Assembly: GCA_030599585.1 (NCBI GenBank)
Contig: JAUVNS010000006.1
Location: forward strand, 1-64,000
From: Promethearchaeota archaeon
Lineage (GTDB): Archaea; Asgardarchaeota; Lokiarchaeia; Sigyniarchaeales; SOKP01
Reading direction: 5' to 3'
DNA length: 64,000 bases
The translations under genes and the position numbers were made by a program. How positions within the stretch are numbered: the stretch's first letter is position 1; the number at the start of each line of letters is the position of its first letter. Positions 37,970-48,219 of this stretch are shown piece after piece. The notes beneath the pieces were generated by a model. That model was not told the origin of the DNA. It did no database searches and saw only the letters and a list, made by a program, of their open reading frames with translations.

Positions 37970-39844
37970 CTAAAAATTATATTTTGAGTTTAAAATCCTA
38001 TTATATATTTCTTTTGTCATAAGTTCATATCCAGATGAGTTAGGTAAAAGAATATAAAGAGAATCTTCTATTTTTTCAAGATTAAATGACTCTTTTTTTA
38101 AATTTCCTTTCTGAATTTTAAGAGTTGCTGTTGTGATTAATTTAGGAGTAAAACGAATAAATTTTGGAATAGCGTATTCTGGTAAACAATCCTGAAGCAT
38201 AGAGTAAAATTTTGAAAAATTAAAATCATTAATAGACTTTGAATTGGTGATAAGCGAAACCATTCCAGCTCGCCCTTCTGTATTAGGTATTAATACACCA
38301 TAAACACAACTCATTTCAACTTGGTCAAAATCATTAATTACAGCCTCAACTTCTTCAGTAGACACATTTTCTCCTTTCCATCTAAAAGTATCTCCAATTC
38401 TATCAACAAATTGAGCGTGTTTATAGATCTTCTTAAAAATTCTTATTTCTTTGATAAGATCTCCAGTATTAAAAAAAATATCTCCCTCCTCAAACACATT
38501 TCTGAAAATCTTTTTTTCATTCGCATTTTTATTAGTATATATGTAAAAATCATCTGTAATTATCTGTGCTATAAGAAGCCCTGCTTTACCTTCCTTTACT
38601 CTAATCATATAACCGTTTTCATCTCTGATAGGCTCATTAGTATCTAAATCATATTTCACAATTGCATATGGATTTAAGGTAAAGCCAACGGTACAATTTA
38701 AATTGAAACGGTTTGCTAAATTTGGTGAATTTTTTTCGGTAGCACCATAGAATTCAAAAATTTGTTTAATTCCAAATCTTTTTTTGAAATCCCTCCACAT
38801 TTCATTCCTGAGACCATTTCCCACGATTTTTTTTATATAATGTTTTCGATCAGTAGGTTTTTCGGGTTGGTTGTATAGGTATCGACAAATTTCACCAATA
38901 TAATTAAAACTAGTAGCTTTAAATTTAATAGCATCATCCCAAAATTTACTAGCAGAAAATTTACGCCTTAATGCAATAGTTGAGCCATATCTTAATGCTG
39001 CTGCATAAGCTACTTGTATAGCATGAGAATGAAACAGAGGAGTAGTCACATATATTACATCCTTGTGGTCAAATCCAACAACAGTATCAGCGAAGTAAAT
39101 ACTACAATCGTAAGTATGTCCGTGTGTAATGATTGCTGCTTTTGGTAACCCCGTTGTTCCACTAGTGAAGATGTAAGCGTATGGGTCTTTCGCTTGGAGT
39201 GTTTTTGATGTTGGAGGGTTGGAAATATCTTCATTTTTTACAAGATCTAATAAATTCTGAAACTCGTCGGGTTTTTTAACATCTCCGTTATCTGGAACAA
39301 AGTATAAATGATTAGATTGTTCTTCTGATAATTTAAGGTCCTGACGAATATCTTCAAACGCTTCTATTAATTCTTCACCAATAATAAAGACTTTTCCAGG
39401 ATCGATGTTAATACTATGCACTAGAGAATTGGATCTTTGTTTAGTATTAATTAGAGAAGAAATAACTCCTATTTTAGACAATCCAAATATTGTAAACATC
39501 ATCTCAGGCCTATTCGTTATAAAAACAACAGCTATATCTCCTTTGTTTAACCCGACCTTTTTTTGGAAATAATTGGCATATCGGTTGCACCATTCATTAT
39601 ATTCCTTATGTGTGTACCTTTCATCTTCAAAAAGAAGTGCGGCATCATTAGGATACTCTTTAGCATGTTTTTCTATCAAAATTGCAACATTATTATAAGA
39701 TTCTGGAGTTATAGCCAAGGCTTCATCAACAACGCTTTCCATTCGCTTAATTACATGGCGAGAAAATAACCAAGTCTTAATGTAATCCCATTTAGAGGGT
39801 AAGTAACTATTCCTTTTTTTTGATTGGGTACGATTTATACTCAT
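37970..39844 (-). CDS. Long-chain acyl-CoA synthetase, FATP/SLC27-like
   Basis: YIFTSGTTGLPKAA, YIGEICRY, GNGLR, FYGATE, FVDRIGDTFRWKGENVST, TATLKIQK. Confidence 0.93.
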   Translation of the reverse strand: MSINRTQSKKRNSYLPSKWDYIKTWLFSRHVIKRMESVVDEALAITPESYNNVAILIEKHAKEYPNDAALLFEDERYTHKEYNEWCNRYANYFQKKVGLNKGDIAVVFITNRPEMMFTIFGLSKIGVISSLINTKQRSNSLVHSINIDPGKVFIIGEELIEAFEDIRQDLKLSEEQSNHLYFVPDNGDVKKPDEFQNLLDLVKNEDISNPPTSKTLQAKDPYAYIFTSGTTGLPKAAIITHGHTYDCSIYFADTVVGFDHKDVIYVTTPLFHSHAIQVAYAAALRYGSTIALRRKFSASKFWDDAIKFKATSFNYIGEICRYLYNQPEKPTDRKHYIKKIVGNGLRNEMWRDFKKRFGIKQIFEFYGATEKNSPNLANRFNLNCTVGFTLNPYAIVKYDLDTNEPIRDENGYMIRVKEGKAGLLIAQIITDDFYIYTNKNANEKKIFRNVFEEGDIFFNTGDLIKEIRIFKKIYKHAQFVDRIGDTFRWKGENVSTEEVEAVINDFDQVEMSCVYGVLIPNTEGRAGMVSLITNSKSINDFNFSKFYSMLQDCLPEYAIPKFIRFTPKLITTATLKIQKGNLKKESFNLEKIEDSLYILLPNSSGYELMTKEIYNRILNSKYNF

Positions 39845-39913
39845 AATATAGGCACTTCTTAATTTTAACTAAGTCTTTCATTTAAAAAGTACTTACTATG
39901 TAATTTCTATCAA

Positions 39914-39927
39914 ATTACATAAGTAAA
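39914..39927. promoter_or_regulatory. WTTAC-N4-GTAAW box (ATTACATAAGTAAA) in the divergent ligase/esterase promoter
   Basis: Matches the consensus; a related TTACTATGTAAT at 39893-39904 forms a larger inverted repeat with it. Confidence 0.65.
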
Positions 39928-40007
39928 AAAGGATAACTTATAAAAAAAATAAATAAACTTAGTTAGATAAATATTTTTAAAGAGTAAGAAACAGATGAAA
40001 TAAGCTA

Positions 40008-41519
40008 ATGAAAAATTCTGATATTGTTGAAACTACGACGGGAAAACTAAGGGGTTGTATAGAAAAGGGTTTGCCCATTTTTAAAGGGATACCATATGCA
40101 GAACCTCCAATTGGTGATTTGCGTTTCAGGAACACTGTTGAAAAGGAACCTTGGGAAGGCATCCTTGAAGCTGTAGAATTTGGTTTTATCGCCCCTCAAC
40201 CTGATATAGTTGGATCATCGATAAGATATCATCCTCAGAGCGAGGATTGTTTAACATTAAATATTTGGACTCCCGCATGTGATAATGAAAAACGCCCTGT
40301 AATGTTCTGGATTCATGGAGGAGGATTTCACTACGGAGGAGCTCCATCACCACGTTATAATGGTGAATTTTTAAGTCAAAGGGGTGATGTTTGTGTAATT
40401 ACGATAAATTATCGTTTGGGAGCATTAGGGAATCTCTATGTACCTGATGAAGTTTCAAACCTTGGTTTTATGGACCAGATCGCTGCTTTAAAATGGGTTT
40501 ATGATAACATAGCAAATTTTGGTGGAGATCCTCATAATATCACGATTTTTGGTGAGTCTGCAGGAAGTACAGCTGTTTGCACATTACTTTCAATGCCCGC
40601 TGCAAAGTCGTTCGTTCGTCGAGCAATTTGTCAAAGTGGAGCTCTGGATTCTCAAGGTCATCACACAGAAGGTGGTATTCTAGCTTCTAAGACTTTATTT
40701 TCGAGACTCGGAATAAAAATAGGTGACATTGATGCTATTCGCAAAATCTCAGTTGAAAAATTGATTAAAAAAGAAAACGAGATAAGATTAGAAAAATGGG
40801 ATAAACAAGACTGGACGGGTTATCCTCCTACTATTGATGAAAATAAGGTACCGGATCACCCTCTACTAGCCATTGGTAAGGGATCGTCAAAGAATGTAGA
40901 TTTATTAATTGGAACTAACCTTAATGAGTGGACATTCTTTTCAATGTTGACTCCAAAATTACAACTTATTGATTGGAATGGTTTAACTGAACTGATAAAT
41001 ATAAATTTAAATAAATTAGATTTAGATAAAACCCAAGTTGAAAAACTTATCGATTCATTTAAACACTCTAGAAATAACCCCTTTGAGGTATTGAATGCCA
41101 TATCCACGGATGTAACTTTTCGATATCCCTCTATAAGAGTAGCAGAAGCTCAATCAACACACAATAATAATACATATATGTATCTATTTACTTATAGAAC
41201 CCCTGTAATGGGGGGCGTTTTTGGAGCCACTCACGCGCTCGAAATTCCTTTCGTATTTGGATCTTTAGATAATACTGAATTTGGGGTTTATCCTAAGAGG
41301 GATGAAATTAATTCAAAAATTTCTGAGCTAATGATGGATACTTGGATTTCTTTCGCAAGATCAGGTAACCCAAATCACAATGAAATCCCTCCGTGGCCTA
41401 CGTATGATACAGACAATAGATACACATTATTATTTGGTGAGACTATTAAAATAGAGAAAGATCCATTGCGAGCTGAAAGGTTAGCAATGGAAAAACTTCC
41501 TTTTAAGTATAGACATTGA
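40008..41519 (+). CDS. Type-B carboxylesterase/lipase
   Basis: FKGIPYAEPP, SEDCLTLNIW, HGGG, FGESAG, ATHALE. Confidence 0.94.
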   Translation: MKNSDIVETTTGKLRGCIEKGLPIFKGIPYAEPPIGDLRFRNTVEKEPWEGILEAVEFGFIAPQPDIVGSSIRYHPQSEDCLTLNIWTPACDNEKRPVMFWIHGGGFHYGGAPSPRYNGEFLSQRGDVCVITINYRLGALGNLYVPDEVSNLGFMDQIAALKWVYDNIANFGGDPHNITIFGESAGSTAVCTLLSMPAAKSFVRRAICQSGALDSQGHHTEGGILASKTLFSRLGIKIGDIDAIRKISVEKLIKKENEIRLEKWDKQDWTGYPPTIDENKVPDHPLLAIGKGSSKNVDLLIGTNLNEWTFFSMLTPKLQLIDWNGLTELININLNKLDLDKTQVEKLIDSFKHSRNNPFEVLNAISTDVTFRYPSIRVAEAQSTHNNNTYMYLFTYRTPVMGGVFGATHALEIPFVFGSLDNTEFGVYPKRDEINSKISELMMDTWISFARSGNPNHNEIPPWPTYDTDNRYTLLFGETIKIEKDPLRAERLAMEKLPFKYRH

Positions 41520-41585
41520 TCTTTTTCTTAAGAATTTCTTATCTAGTTTGTGATATATTAAGAATTTAAACAAGATTAGCTATTT

Positions 41586-41599
41586 TTTACGATAGTAAA
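41586..41599. promoter_or_regulatory. WTTAC-N4-GTAAW box (TTTACGATAGTAAA)
   Basis: 23 nt upstream of TTAATAT (41623), before the Fe-ADH/CoA-transferase genes. Confidence 0.65.
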
Positions 41600-41699
41600 T
41601 ATTAATTCTATAAAGAAAATAATTAATATCAATTTCATATAATCATTATTAATTTATGACAGAGTTCAATAATAGTAAAGATAATTATGAGGAGATGTT

Positions 41700-42866
41700 A
41701 TGAAAAATTTCAATTATTATTTACCAACGAGTATTAGATACGGTTGGGGCCGTGTGAACGAAATTGGAAAAGTTACTTCGCGTTTAGGAAAAAAATGTCT
41801 TTTAGTTACAGTCAAACCCTTTCCCGCAATGAAACCTTTGTTTGAAAAAGTTATAACGCTATGTAATGAAGCAGGAGTTGAAGTAATTCATTTTGACGGT
41901 GTTATTCCCAATACAACCACCGATTCTATAAATCTAGCATCTGAAATGGCAATCAAAAACAACATTGATGTTGTATTAGGTGTTGGTGGTGGATCGAGCA
42001 TTGACACTGCCAAGAGTATTGCAGTAGGTGCTACTCATGAAGGAGATATATGGGATTATCGATTAAAACAAAAACGTATTAACAGTAAAAAGTTATTACC
42101 AATTGTTACCATTCCCACTACTTCAGGAACTGGAGCTGAAATCACAAGCGTAGCAGTTATAAAAAATCCTAAAGAAAAACTAAAGTCTGTGCTTGCAGAT
42201 TGGTCTTTATGTCCAAAAGTTAGTATCGTTGATCCTGAAACCACAATGACGGTTCCTTCATATATAACAGCTTCAACTGGCTTCGATGTTTTCTGCCATT
42301 TATTTGAAAGTTATTTGAATAAATTCTCGACATACATAGTTGATTTGATTGCTTTGGATTCTATAAAAATGGTAATTAAGCATCTACCAATCGCTATTGA
42401 AGATAGTTCAAATAAAGAAGCAAGAGAAGCTCTTTCTATGACTAGTACATTTGGAGGAATTTGCATAACAAATGTTGGAACCACACTTTTTCATGCAATA
42501 GGCATGTCTATAGGTGGAAATACCTCAAATATTATGCATGGAGAAGCCCTTGCGATAATGTATCCTGAAATAAATCGTTGGACTTGGAAGCATGCTGCAC
42601 AAAAATATGCAACCGTTGGTAGACTATTTAATCCAAATTTAATAAATGAATCTGATGTTGTCGCCGCAGAACAAGCGTGTATTGAAATAGAGAAGTTCAT
42701 AAAGAAAATTGGATTGTGGATAAGCTTAGAGGATAAAAATGTTTCTGAAGGTGATCTAAAAAAAATAGGTGATGATGCACTTGAAATCCCTAATTATAAG
42801 TTTCATCCTAAAGTTCCCAATCTTGAAGAAATAAATAACCTTATTAGAAGAAGTTATAAAAATTAA
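41700..42866 (+). CDS. Iron-containing alcohol dehydrogenase
   Basis: GGGSSID, PTTSGTG, DVFCH, FHAIG, MHG. Confidence 0.92.
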   Translation: MKNFNYYLPTSIRYGWGRVNEIGKVTSRLGKKCLLVTVKPFPAMKPLFEKVITLCNEAGVEVIHFDGVIPNTTTDSINLASEMAIKNNIDVVLGVGGGSSIDTAKSIAVGATHEGDIWDYRLKQKRINSKKLLPIVTIPTTSGTGAEITSVAVIKNPKEKLKSVLADWSLCPKVSIVDPETTMTVPSYITASTGFDVFCHLFESYLNKFSTYIVDLIALDSIKMVIKHLPIAIEDSSNKEAREALSMTSTFGGICITNVGTTLFHAIGMSIGGNTSNIMHGEALAIMYPEINRWTWKHAAQKYATVGRLFNPNLINESDVVAAEQACIEIEKFIKKIGLWISLEDKNVSEGDLKKIGDDALEIPNYKFHPKVPNLEEINNLIRRSYKN

Positions 42867-42933
42867 ATATCTAAGCATTTTTTATTACTATTTATTTAAA
42901 TTATGAGGTGAAAAAATAATTTCTAATAAAATA

Positions 42934-43845
42934 ATGACTATGGAAGAGGCAATAAAGAAATCTGTTCTTAACAATGATTTAGTTTTTTTAGGTGGATTTT
43001 CTAATGGTATTCCATTTTCCGCTGCTCATGAGATTATAAGACAAAATAAAAGGAATCTTAAGATATGTAAATGTAGTGGGGGAATGCTGTTTGATCAATT
43101 AATAGGAGCAGGAGTTACAGATCAAATAATTACATCACATTGCTGGAACCCCCATGGTCCACAACCAGCTTGGAATCTTAAGAGAGCGATAGAGGAAGGA
43201 ATACCTCAAAAAATAGTCTATAATGAGCAATCACTCTTTATGATCAACATGTCTTTTTTTGCTGGTTATATGGGTGTGCCTTTTATGCCGATTCGTTCAA
43301 TTATTGGGACCGATATTTACGATCATCCCAAAGAAGTTGGATTAAAAGCAGCGGTAATGGAATGTCCTTTTACTGGAGAAGAACTTTGTGTTGTTCCTGC
43401 TATAAATCCCGATGTTGGAGTTATCCAGGTACAACGGTCAGATAGTGAAGGTAATGCACAAATGTGGGGATTAATTGGTGATACAAAGTTTGGTATTAAT
43501 TCATGTAAAAAAATAATTGTAGCTGCAGAAGAAATTGTAGATAAAAAAGTAATTATGGAATCTCCCGAACGTACAATCGTGTCTGCAAATAAGGTTGATG
43601 CGGTTGTGCATGAACCTTGGGGAGGTCATCCTAGCTACATACAAGGCTTTTATTACATCGATTTAGAATATAGATTTAATTATGCTAAAGAAACTAAAAC
43701 AGTAGAAGATTGGGAGAATTGGCTTGAAAAATGGGTCACTGGGGTAGATGATCGAGAAGAATATCTGAAAGTATTGGGAACTGAAAAAATAACGAAATTA
43801 AAAGCAAAAAGTCTTATACAAGGAGCTGTCGATTATGGATATTGA
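42934..43845 (+). CDS. Family I CoA-transferase subunit A (glutaconate CoA-transferase-like)
   Basis: PFSAAHEIIRQ, GVPFMP, CPFTGE, VPAINPDV, GGHPS..GFY. Possible ATT start at 42919. Confidence 0.88.
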   Translation: MTMEEAIKKSVLNNDLVFLGGFSNGIPFSAAHEIIRQNKRNLKICKCSGGMLFDQLIGAGVTDQIITSHCWNPHGPQPAWNLKRAIEEGIPQKIVYNEQSLFMINMSFFAGYMGVPFMPIRSIIGTDIYDHPKEVGLKAAVMECPFTGEELCVVPAINPDVGVIQVQRSDSEGNAQMWGLIGDTKFGINSCKKIIVAAEEIVDKKVIMESPERTIVSANKVDAVVHEPWGGHPSYIQGFYYIDLEYRFNYAKETKTVEDWENWLEKWVTGVDDREEYLKVLGTEKITKLKAKSLIQGAVDYGY

Positions 43846-44671
43846 TGAAAATATATATTGTAAGGAATATACCGGCTTTGAGATGATGCTAGTCTCAGCA
43901 TGTAGACAGATTAAAGATGAAGATATTGTATTTAATGCTTTTCATTGGCCGTTTCTTGCGGTTCATATGGCAAAATTACTTCATGCCCCAAATCTTTTCA
44001 CAGTATTAGAAGTTGGTTTGTTTCAGGACGAGCTTCCTAAACCCGATAAACTTCCGTATTCGATTAGTGATCCAGTTTTAATCCCAAATTCATTGTTTAT
44101 CGGAGATTCTATTGATGCATTATCAGTTCTTCAACGTGGTGAAGTCACTCTGGCACTATTAAGTACATCTAGTATTGATAAGTATGGAAACTGTAATACC
44201 ACTGTAATTGGCCCTTATCAAAAGCCGATTTATCGATTACCAGGGGGCGGAGGAGCTACAGAAATAGCAGGTTTATCAAAAAGAGTGATTTATCTTGTAG
44301 ACGACCATTCAAAACGTAGATTTATTAAAAAATTGGATTTTATCACCGATCCGGGATATTTAAAAGGCTATGATAGTCGAATTAAAGCGGGATATCCTCC
44401 TGATACTGGTCCTGAGGCTATAATTTCACCTCTTTGTATTATGCGATTTGATTCCGTGACTAAAGAAGCGTATCTGGACGCTTTAAATCCAAATGTTACT
44501 ATAGACCAAGTAAAAGAAGTCACTGATTGGGACCTAAATGTTGCAAAAGAAGTGAAAGAAGTCGAACCACCTACAATCAGAGAAATCGAAATATGTCGAA
44601 AAACTATGAAAGACGCAATCGACCAATATTATATATTAAAGCCAGAATGGACCAAGTATCTGGATAAGTAA
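43835..44671 (+). CDS. Family I CoA-transferase subunit B (glutaconate CoA-transferase-like)
   Basis: HAPNL..VLEVG (putative catalytic Glu), IDKYGNCNTTVIG, RLPGGGGA, LDFITDPG; overlaps subunit A. Confidence 0.88.
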   Translation: MDIDENIYCKEYTGFEMMLVSACRQIKDEDIVFNAFHWPFLAVHMAKLLHAPNLFTVLEVGLFQDELPKPDKLPYSISDPVLIPNSLFIGDSIDALSVLQRGEVTLALLSTSSIDKYGNCNTTVIGPYQKPIYRLPGGGGATEIAGLSKRVIYLVDDHSKRRFIKKLDFITDPGYLKGYDSRIKAGYPPDTGPEAIISPLCIMRFDSVTKEAYLDALNPNVTIDQVKEVTDWDLNVAKEVKEVEPPTIREIEICRKTMKDAIDQYYILKPEWTKYLDK

Positions 44672-44679
44672 AAAATTTA

Positions 44680-45729
44680 TTACAGTAAATTTTCTATAAA
44701 TTTTTTAATTTTTTCCATAGCTCCATTTGATTCAGGTAAATCAGTATTATGAAATACATGTATAGTATCATCCCACGTTTGCATTGATATCTTAACCCCC
44801 GCTTTTTTCGCACGTTCATAAAATCTTTTAGAATCATCATATAACATTTCACTTGTACTTACTTGAAGCAAAATAGGAGGTAAGTTTTTTAAATCAGCAT
44901 ATAGAGGAGAAACAGTAGGATCATAAGGGTTTTTGCCTGCTAAATGAGATTCCACCCACCAGATGTAGCCTAAATCCCCTAAAATAATATCAGTGGAAGA
45001 ATTTTTTTTTATTGAATCACCTGTTATCGTCATATCTGTTGATGGTGAAAGCCCTATTGCTCCTGCGGGTAATAAAATTCCATTATCTCGTAGTTTAAGT
45101 AAAGTCATAAAGGTGTAATACCCTCCCGCAGAAGATCCAGCAATTATTATACTTTTAGATTGAAATCCAGAGGAAAGAAGCCATTTGTAAACAGAAACAC
45201 AATCTTCCAATGCTGCAGGATGAGGTTCCTCTGGAGCAAGACGATAATTTATGCTTAAAACCTTCAAGTTAGTCGATTTTGCTAATTTCAAGGTGAAGAA
45301 CTTATGACTGTTTGAAGACCCCATAATATGACCCCCTCCATGAATGTATAAAATGATGCGATCTTCTCTTGCTCCACGATAGTAAAACCATTCGCAAGGA
45401 ACATTATTGGCATTAACTGGTTTTCTTATTATTTCATCTGTAAATGGAAATAATTGTTCCATATAGTCTGCGCTATATTCCATATAAAACCTAAGATGTT
45501 CTGCTAAAAGTAACTTCTCCTTCATAGTTAGCATATTTTTCACATCTTCTCCATTAAGCCAACGACTATTCAAATCTCCTACTTTTTTCCAAATCGGGTT
45601 GTAATCATCCTCTGTATAAGTTACGCTTTTAAAAAAGGCTTTGTTAACTTGAGTCAAGAAATTTTGGCGGATTTCAAAAATTTCAAGGATTTCAGGTCGA
45701 ATAATTTTCGACTTATCAACTATAGGCAC
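44680..45729 (-). CDS. HSL-family alpha/beta hydrolase (esterase)
   Basis: HGGG, YRLAPE, GSSAG, SPLYADL, HVF. Confidence 0.92.
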   Translation of the reverse strand: MPIVDKSKIIRPEILEIFEIRQNFLTQVNKAFFKSVTYTEDDYNPIWKKVGDLNSRWLNGEDVKNMLTMKEKLLLAEHLRFYMEYSADYMEQLFPFTDEIIRKPVNANNVPCEWFYYRGAREDRIILYIHGGGHIMGSSNSHKFFTLKLAKSTNLKVLSINYRLAPEEPHPAALEDCVSVYKWLLSSGFQSKSIIIAGSSAGGYYTFMTLLKLRDNGILLPAGAIGLSPSTDMTITGDSIKKNSSTDIILGDLGYIWWVESHLAGKNPYDPTVSPLYADLKNLPPILLQVSTSEMLYDDSKRFYERAKKAGVKISMQTWDDTIHVFHNTDLPESNGAMEKIKKFIENLL

Positions 45730-45814
45730 TAATCAACACTCTTTTCATAAACTTAATGTCTACTAGAATTCTAGAATAGTAACTATTTTAATCAATTCCT
45801 ACTTAGTAACGGAT

Positions 45815-45828
45815 TCTACGTAAGTAAT
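45815..45828. promoter_or_regulatory. Degenerate WTTAC-N4-GTAAW box (TCTACGTAAGTAAT)
   Basis: One mismatch; 23 nt upstream of minus-strand TTAAAATA before the esterase gene. Confidence 0.45.
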
Positions 45829-45956
45829 TTCATAATCTCACATACTATTTTCATAGCTTAATATCTTCTAAGATCGATGTATTAAAACTTTGAGTGAATG
45901 CAAAAATTGAAATTGCTGTATTTGTATAAAGATGTGATTTTAATATGATTAAAAAT

Positions 45957-45970
45957 TTTACTGAAGTAAT
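45957..45970. promoter_or_regulatory. WTTAC-N4-GTAAW box (TTTACTGAAGTAAT)
   Basis: 22 nt upstream of TTAAAAAG (45993), before the ACAD start at 46028. Confidence 0.65.
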
Positions 45971-46027
45971 TTTAATTCGAGAGAAACAGAAATTAAAAAG
46001 TTAAGAAAAATAGATAAATATTGAATC

Positions 46028-47245
46028 ATGTTGGGACACATAAATTTTGAAGATTTGGAACTAAAGTTTGGATATTCCTGTATGCCGAATAGGTTACATT
46101 ATTATTCGAAAGAAGAAAACGATTTTAGAATGGAAGTTCGCGAATGGTGTGAAATAAATGTTGTACCAGTCGCAGAACAGATAGATAGAAATAGAGATAA
46201 GGAATTAGCTGTAAAGACTTTAAAGAAAATGCCATATCTTGATATGACCATCCCAAAAGAAGCCGGAGGTCAAGGTAAAGCGATTCTATATCGCACTATT
46301 TTAGGAGAGGAATTAACTGCTTTTAGTTATGCCTTAGCGGGTGTTTATGGAGCGTCATCTTGCCTGTTTGCTGGTCCGATTATTGAATTTGGTACTTCTG
46401 GTCAGAAAAAGAAATACTTATCTGGTATCGGAAATGGATCAAAACTCGGTGCAATTGCTATTACAGAGCCAACAGGTGGTTCTGATGCAATTGGTGGTAT
46501 GAGATTGAGAGCAATCCGAGATGGTGATCATTATATCTTAAATGGTGAGAAATGTTTCATTACTAATGGAAGCGTAGCTGATTATCTATGTTTGTATACA
46601 ATAACCAATGATCAGGTTAGATCACACAAAGGAATGACTGCCTTTATTTTTGAGACAGATACACCAGGGTTCGAAGTGGTCAAAGATTATAAGCATATGG
46701 GGAGAAGAGGTATGCCAAACTCGCATTTAAGATTTACCAATTGTAGAGTTTCCGTTGAAAATATGCTTCACAAGGAAAATGAAGGTCTTGATGTACTACT
46801 TTATGGATTAGATGGTGAACGTACTTTTACTGCATCTCAATACGTCGGTTTAGCAAGAAGCGCGTTTGAAATTGCTTACAGATATGCTCATAAACGAGAA
46901 CAATTCGGAAAAACATTATATAAGATGGAAGGAATTAGCTTTAAACTTGCTGAAATGTTCATGGATATAGAATTAAATCGAATTGCAATGGTGCAAATTG
47001 CGCGAATGCTTGATAATGGTCATTACTTAAGAGCAACAGTTGCAGCATTGAAAGCTAAAATAGCTGATGCCACTGTACGAATTACACAAGAAGCGATTCA
47101 AGTTGTTGGTGGTTTGGGATATACTGAAGAATACCCATTAGAACGATATTATAGAGATGCTAAAATCGGGCAAATATCAGCAGGTACATCAGAAATTATG
47201 AGATATCTTATCACAAGAGAAATGGTCCGAATGTGGGGAAAGTAA
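46028..47245 (+). CDS. Acyl-CoA dehydrogenase (IVD/LCAD-type catalytic Glu position)
   Basis: ITEPTGGSD, LNGEKCFITNG, GLDGER, REQFGK, QISAGTSEI. Confidence 0.93.
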   Translation: MLGHINFEDLELKFGYSCMPNRLHYYSKEENDFRMEVREWCEINVVPVAEQIDRNRDKELAVKTLKKMPYLDMTIPKEAGGQGKAILYRTILGEELTAFSYALAGVYGASSCLFAGPIIEFGTSGQKKKYLSGIGNGSKLGAIAITEPTGGSDAIGGMRLRAIRDGDHYILNGEKCFITNGSVADYLCLYTITNDQVRSHKGMTAFIFETDTPGFEVVKDYKHMGRRGMPNSHLRFTNCRVSVENMLHKENEGLDVLLYGLDGERTFTASQYVGLARSAFEIAYRYAHKREQFGKTLYKMEGISFKLAEMFMDIELNRIAMVQIARMLDNGHYLRATVAALKAKIADATVRITQEAIQVVGGLGYTEEYPLERYYRDAKIGQISAGTSEIMRYLITREMVRMWGK

Positions 47246-47251
47246 GGGTGA

Positions 47252-48049
47252 ATGAATATGGAAGGAAAAGTTAAACTTGATATCGAGGACAAAGTTGCTA
47301 AAATAGTTCTCAACGATGCAGAAAATTATAACCCATTGAACAAAGAGATGGGAAAAGAGTTACTCGGAGTTTTAGAAAAACTTAGAGACAACAAAAATGT
47401 GAGATGTTTAATGATCACTGGTTCTGGCAAAGCCTTCTCTGCAGGTGGCGATATTAAAGCTTTTAAGGACAGTATTGAAAAGGGGAGACCAGGGGAAGCT
47501 ATGGATGAACTATTGAAAAGTCTCTATAAGATTGCCCTAGTATTGCGTCAATATCCAAAACCAGTAATAGCTGCTGTAAATGGTTGGGCAGTTGGGGCGG
47601 GAATGAATCTTGCACTCTCCTGTGATCTAATCATTGCATCGAGTAAAGCCAAATTTAGACAGTCGTTTAGTAAGCTTGCATTAATTCCCGGATTTGCGGG
47701 AACCATGCTTCTTAGCCGCCAATTAACCTGGCAACAAGCAACTGAAATGGCGTTTTTTGGAGATACGTACACAGCGGAGGATATGCTTAAATTAGGGTTT
47801 GTTAATGAAGTTGTTGACTCCGAAAAATTAATGGTAAGAGCTAATGAGATGGCATCGAAACTCGCTAGTGGTCCAACGCTGACTTTCGCGCGTACGAAGA
47901 AGTTATTTTTTGATGCTTTAAGTGATCCTCTAATAGATCATCTTGAAAACGAAAGGCAAATGCAGATAAAATCAGCAGAAACACAAGATTTTAAAATTGG
48001 TGTTTTTGCTATTAATGATAAAAAAGAACCAGAATTTATTGGTAGATAA
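47252..48049 (+). CDS. Enoyl-CoA hydratase/isomerase (crotonase) family, PaaG-like
   Basis: AFSAGGDI, PKPVIAAVNG.AVGAG, LALIPG. Confidence 0.9.
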   Translation: MNMEGKVKLDIEDKVAKIVLNDAENYNPLNKEMGKELLGVLEKLRDNKNVRCLMITGSGKAFSAGGDIKAFKDSIEKGRPGEAMDELLKSLYKIALVLRQYPKPVIAAVNGWAVGAGMNLALSCDLIIASSKAKFRQSFSKLALIPGFAGTMLLSRQLTWQQATEMAFFGDTYTAEDMLKLGFVNEVVDSEKLMVRANEMASKLASGPTLTFARTKKLFFDALSDPLIDHLENERQMQIKSAETQDFKIGVFAINDKKEPEFIGR

Positions 48050-48219
48050 ATTAACATAGTAGAATTGTTAACTCATTATGAGGGAATCGGCTAATTTCAA
48101 TAAAGAACTTGCTTTACCATGAGAAGAATTCAATTGATCTAATAATAATAGATAAATAAAGATTTAACTTATGCAATTTTAAACAGAAATTGGCGTAAAT
48201 AAAAAAAAATAATTAGTAG

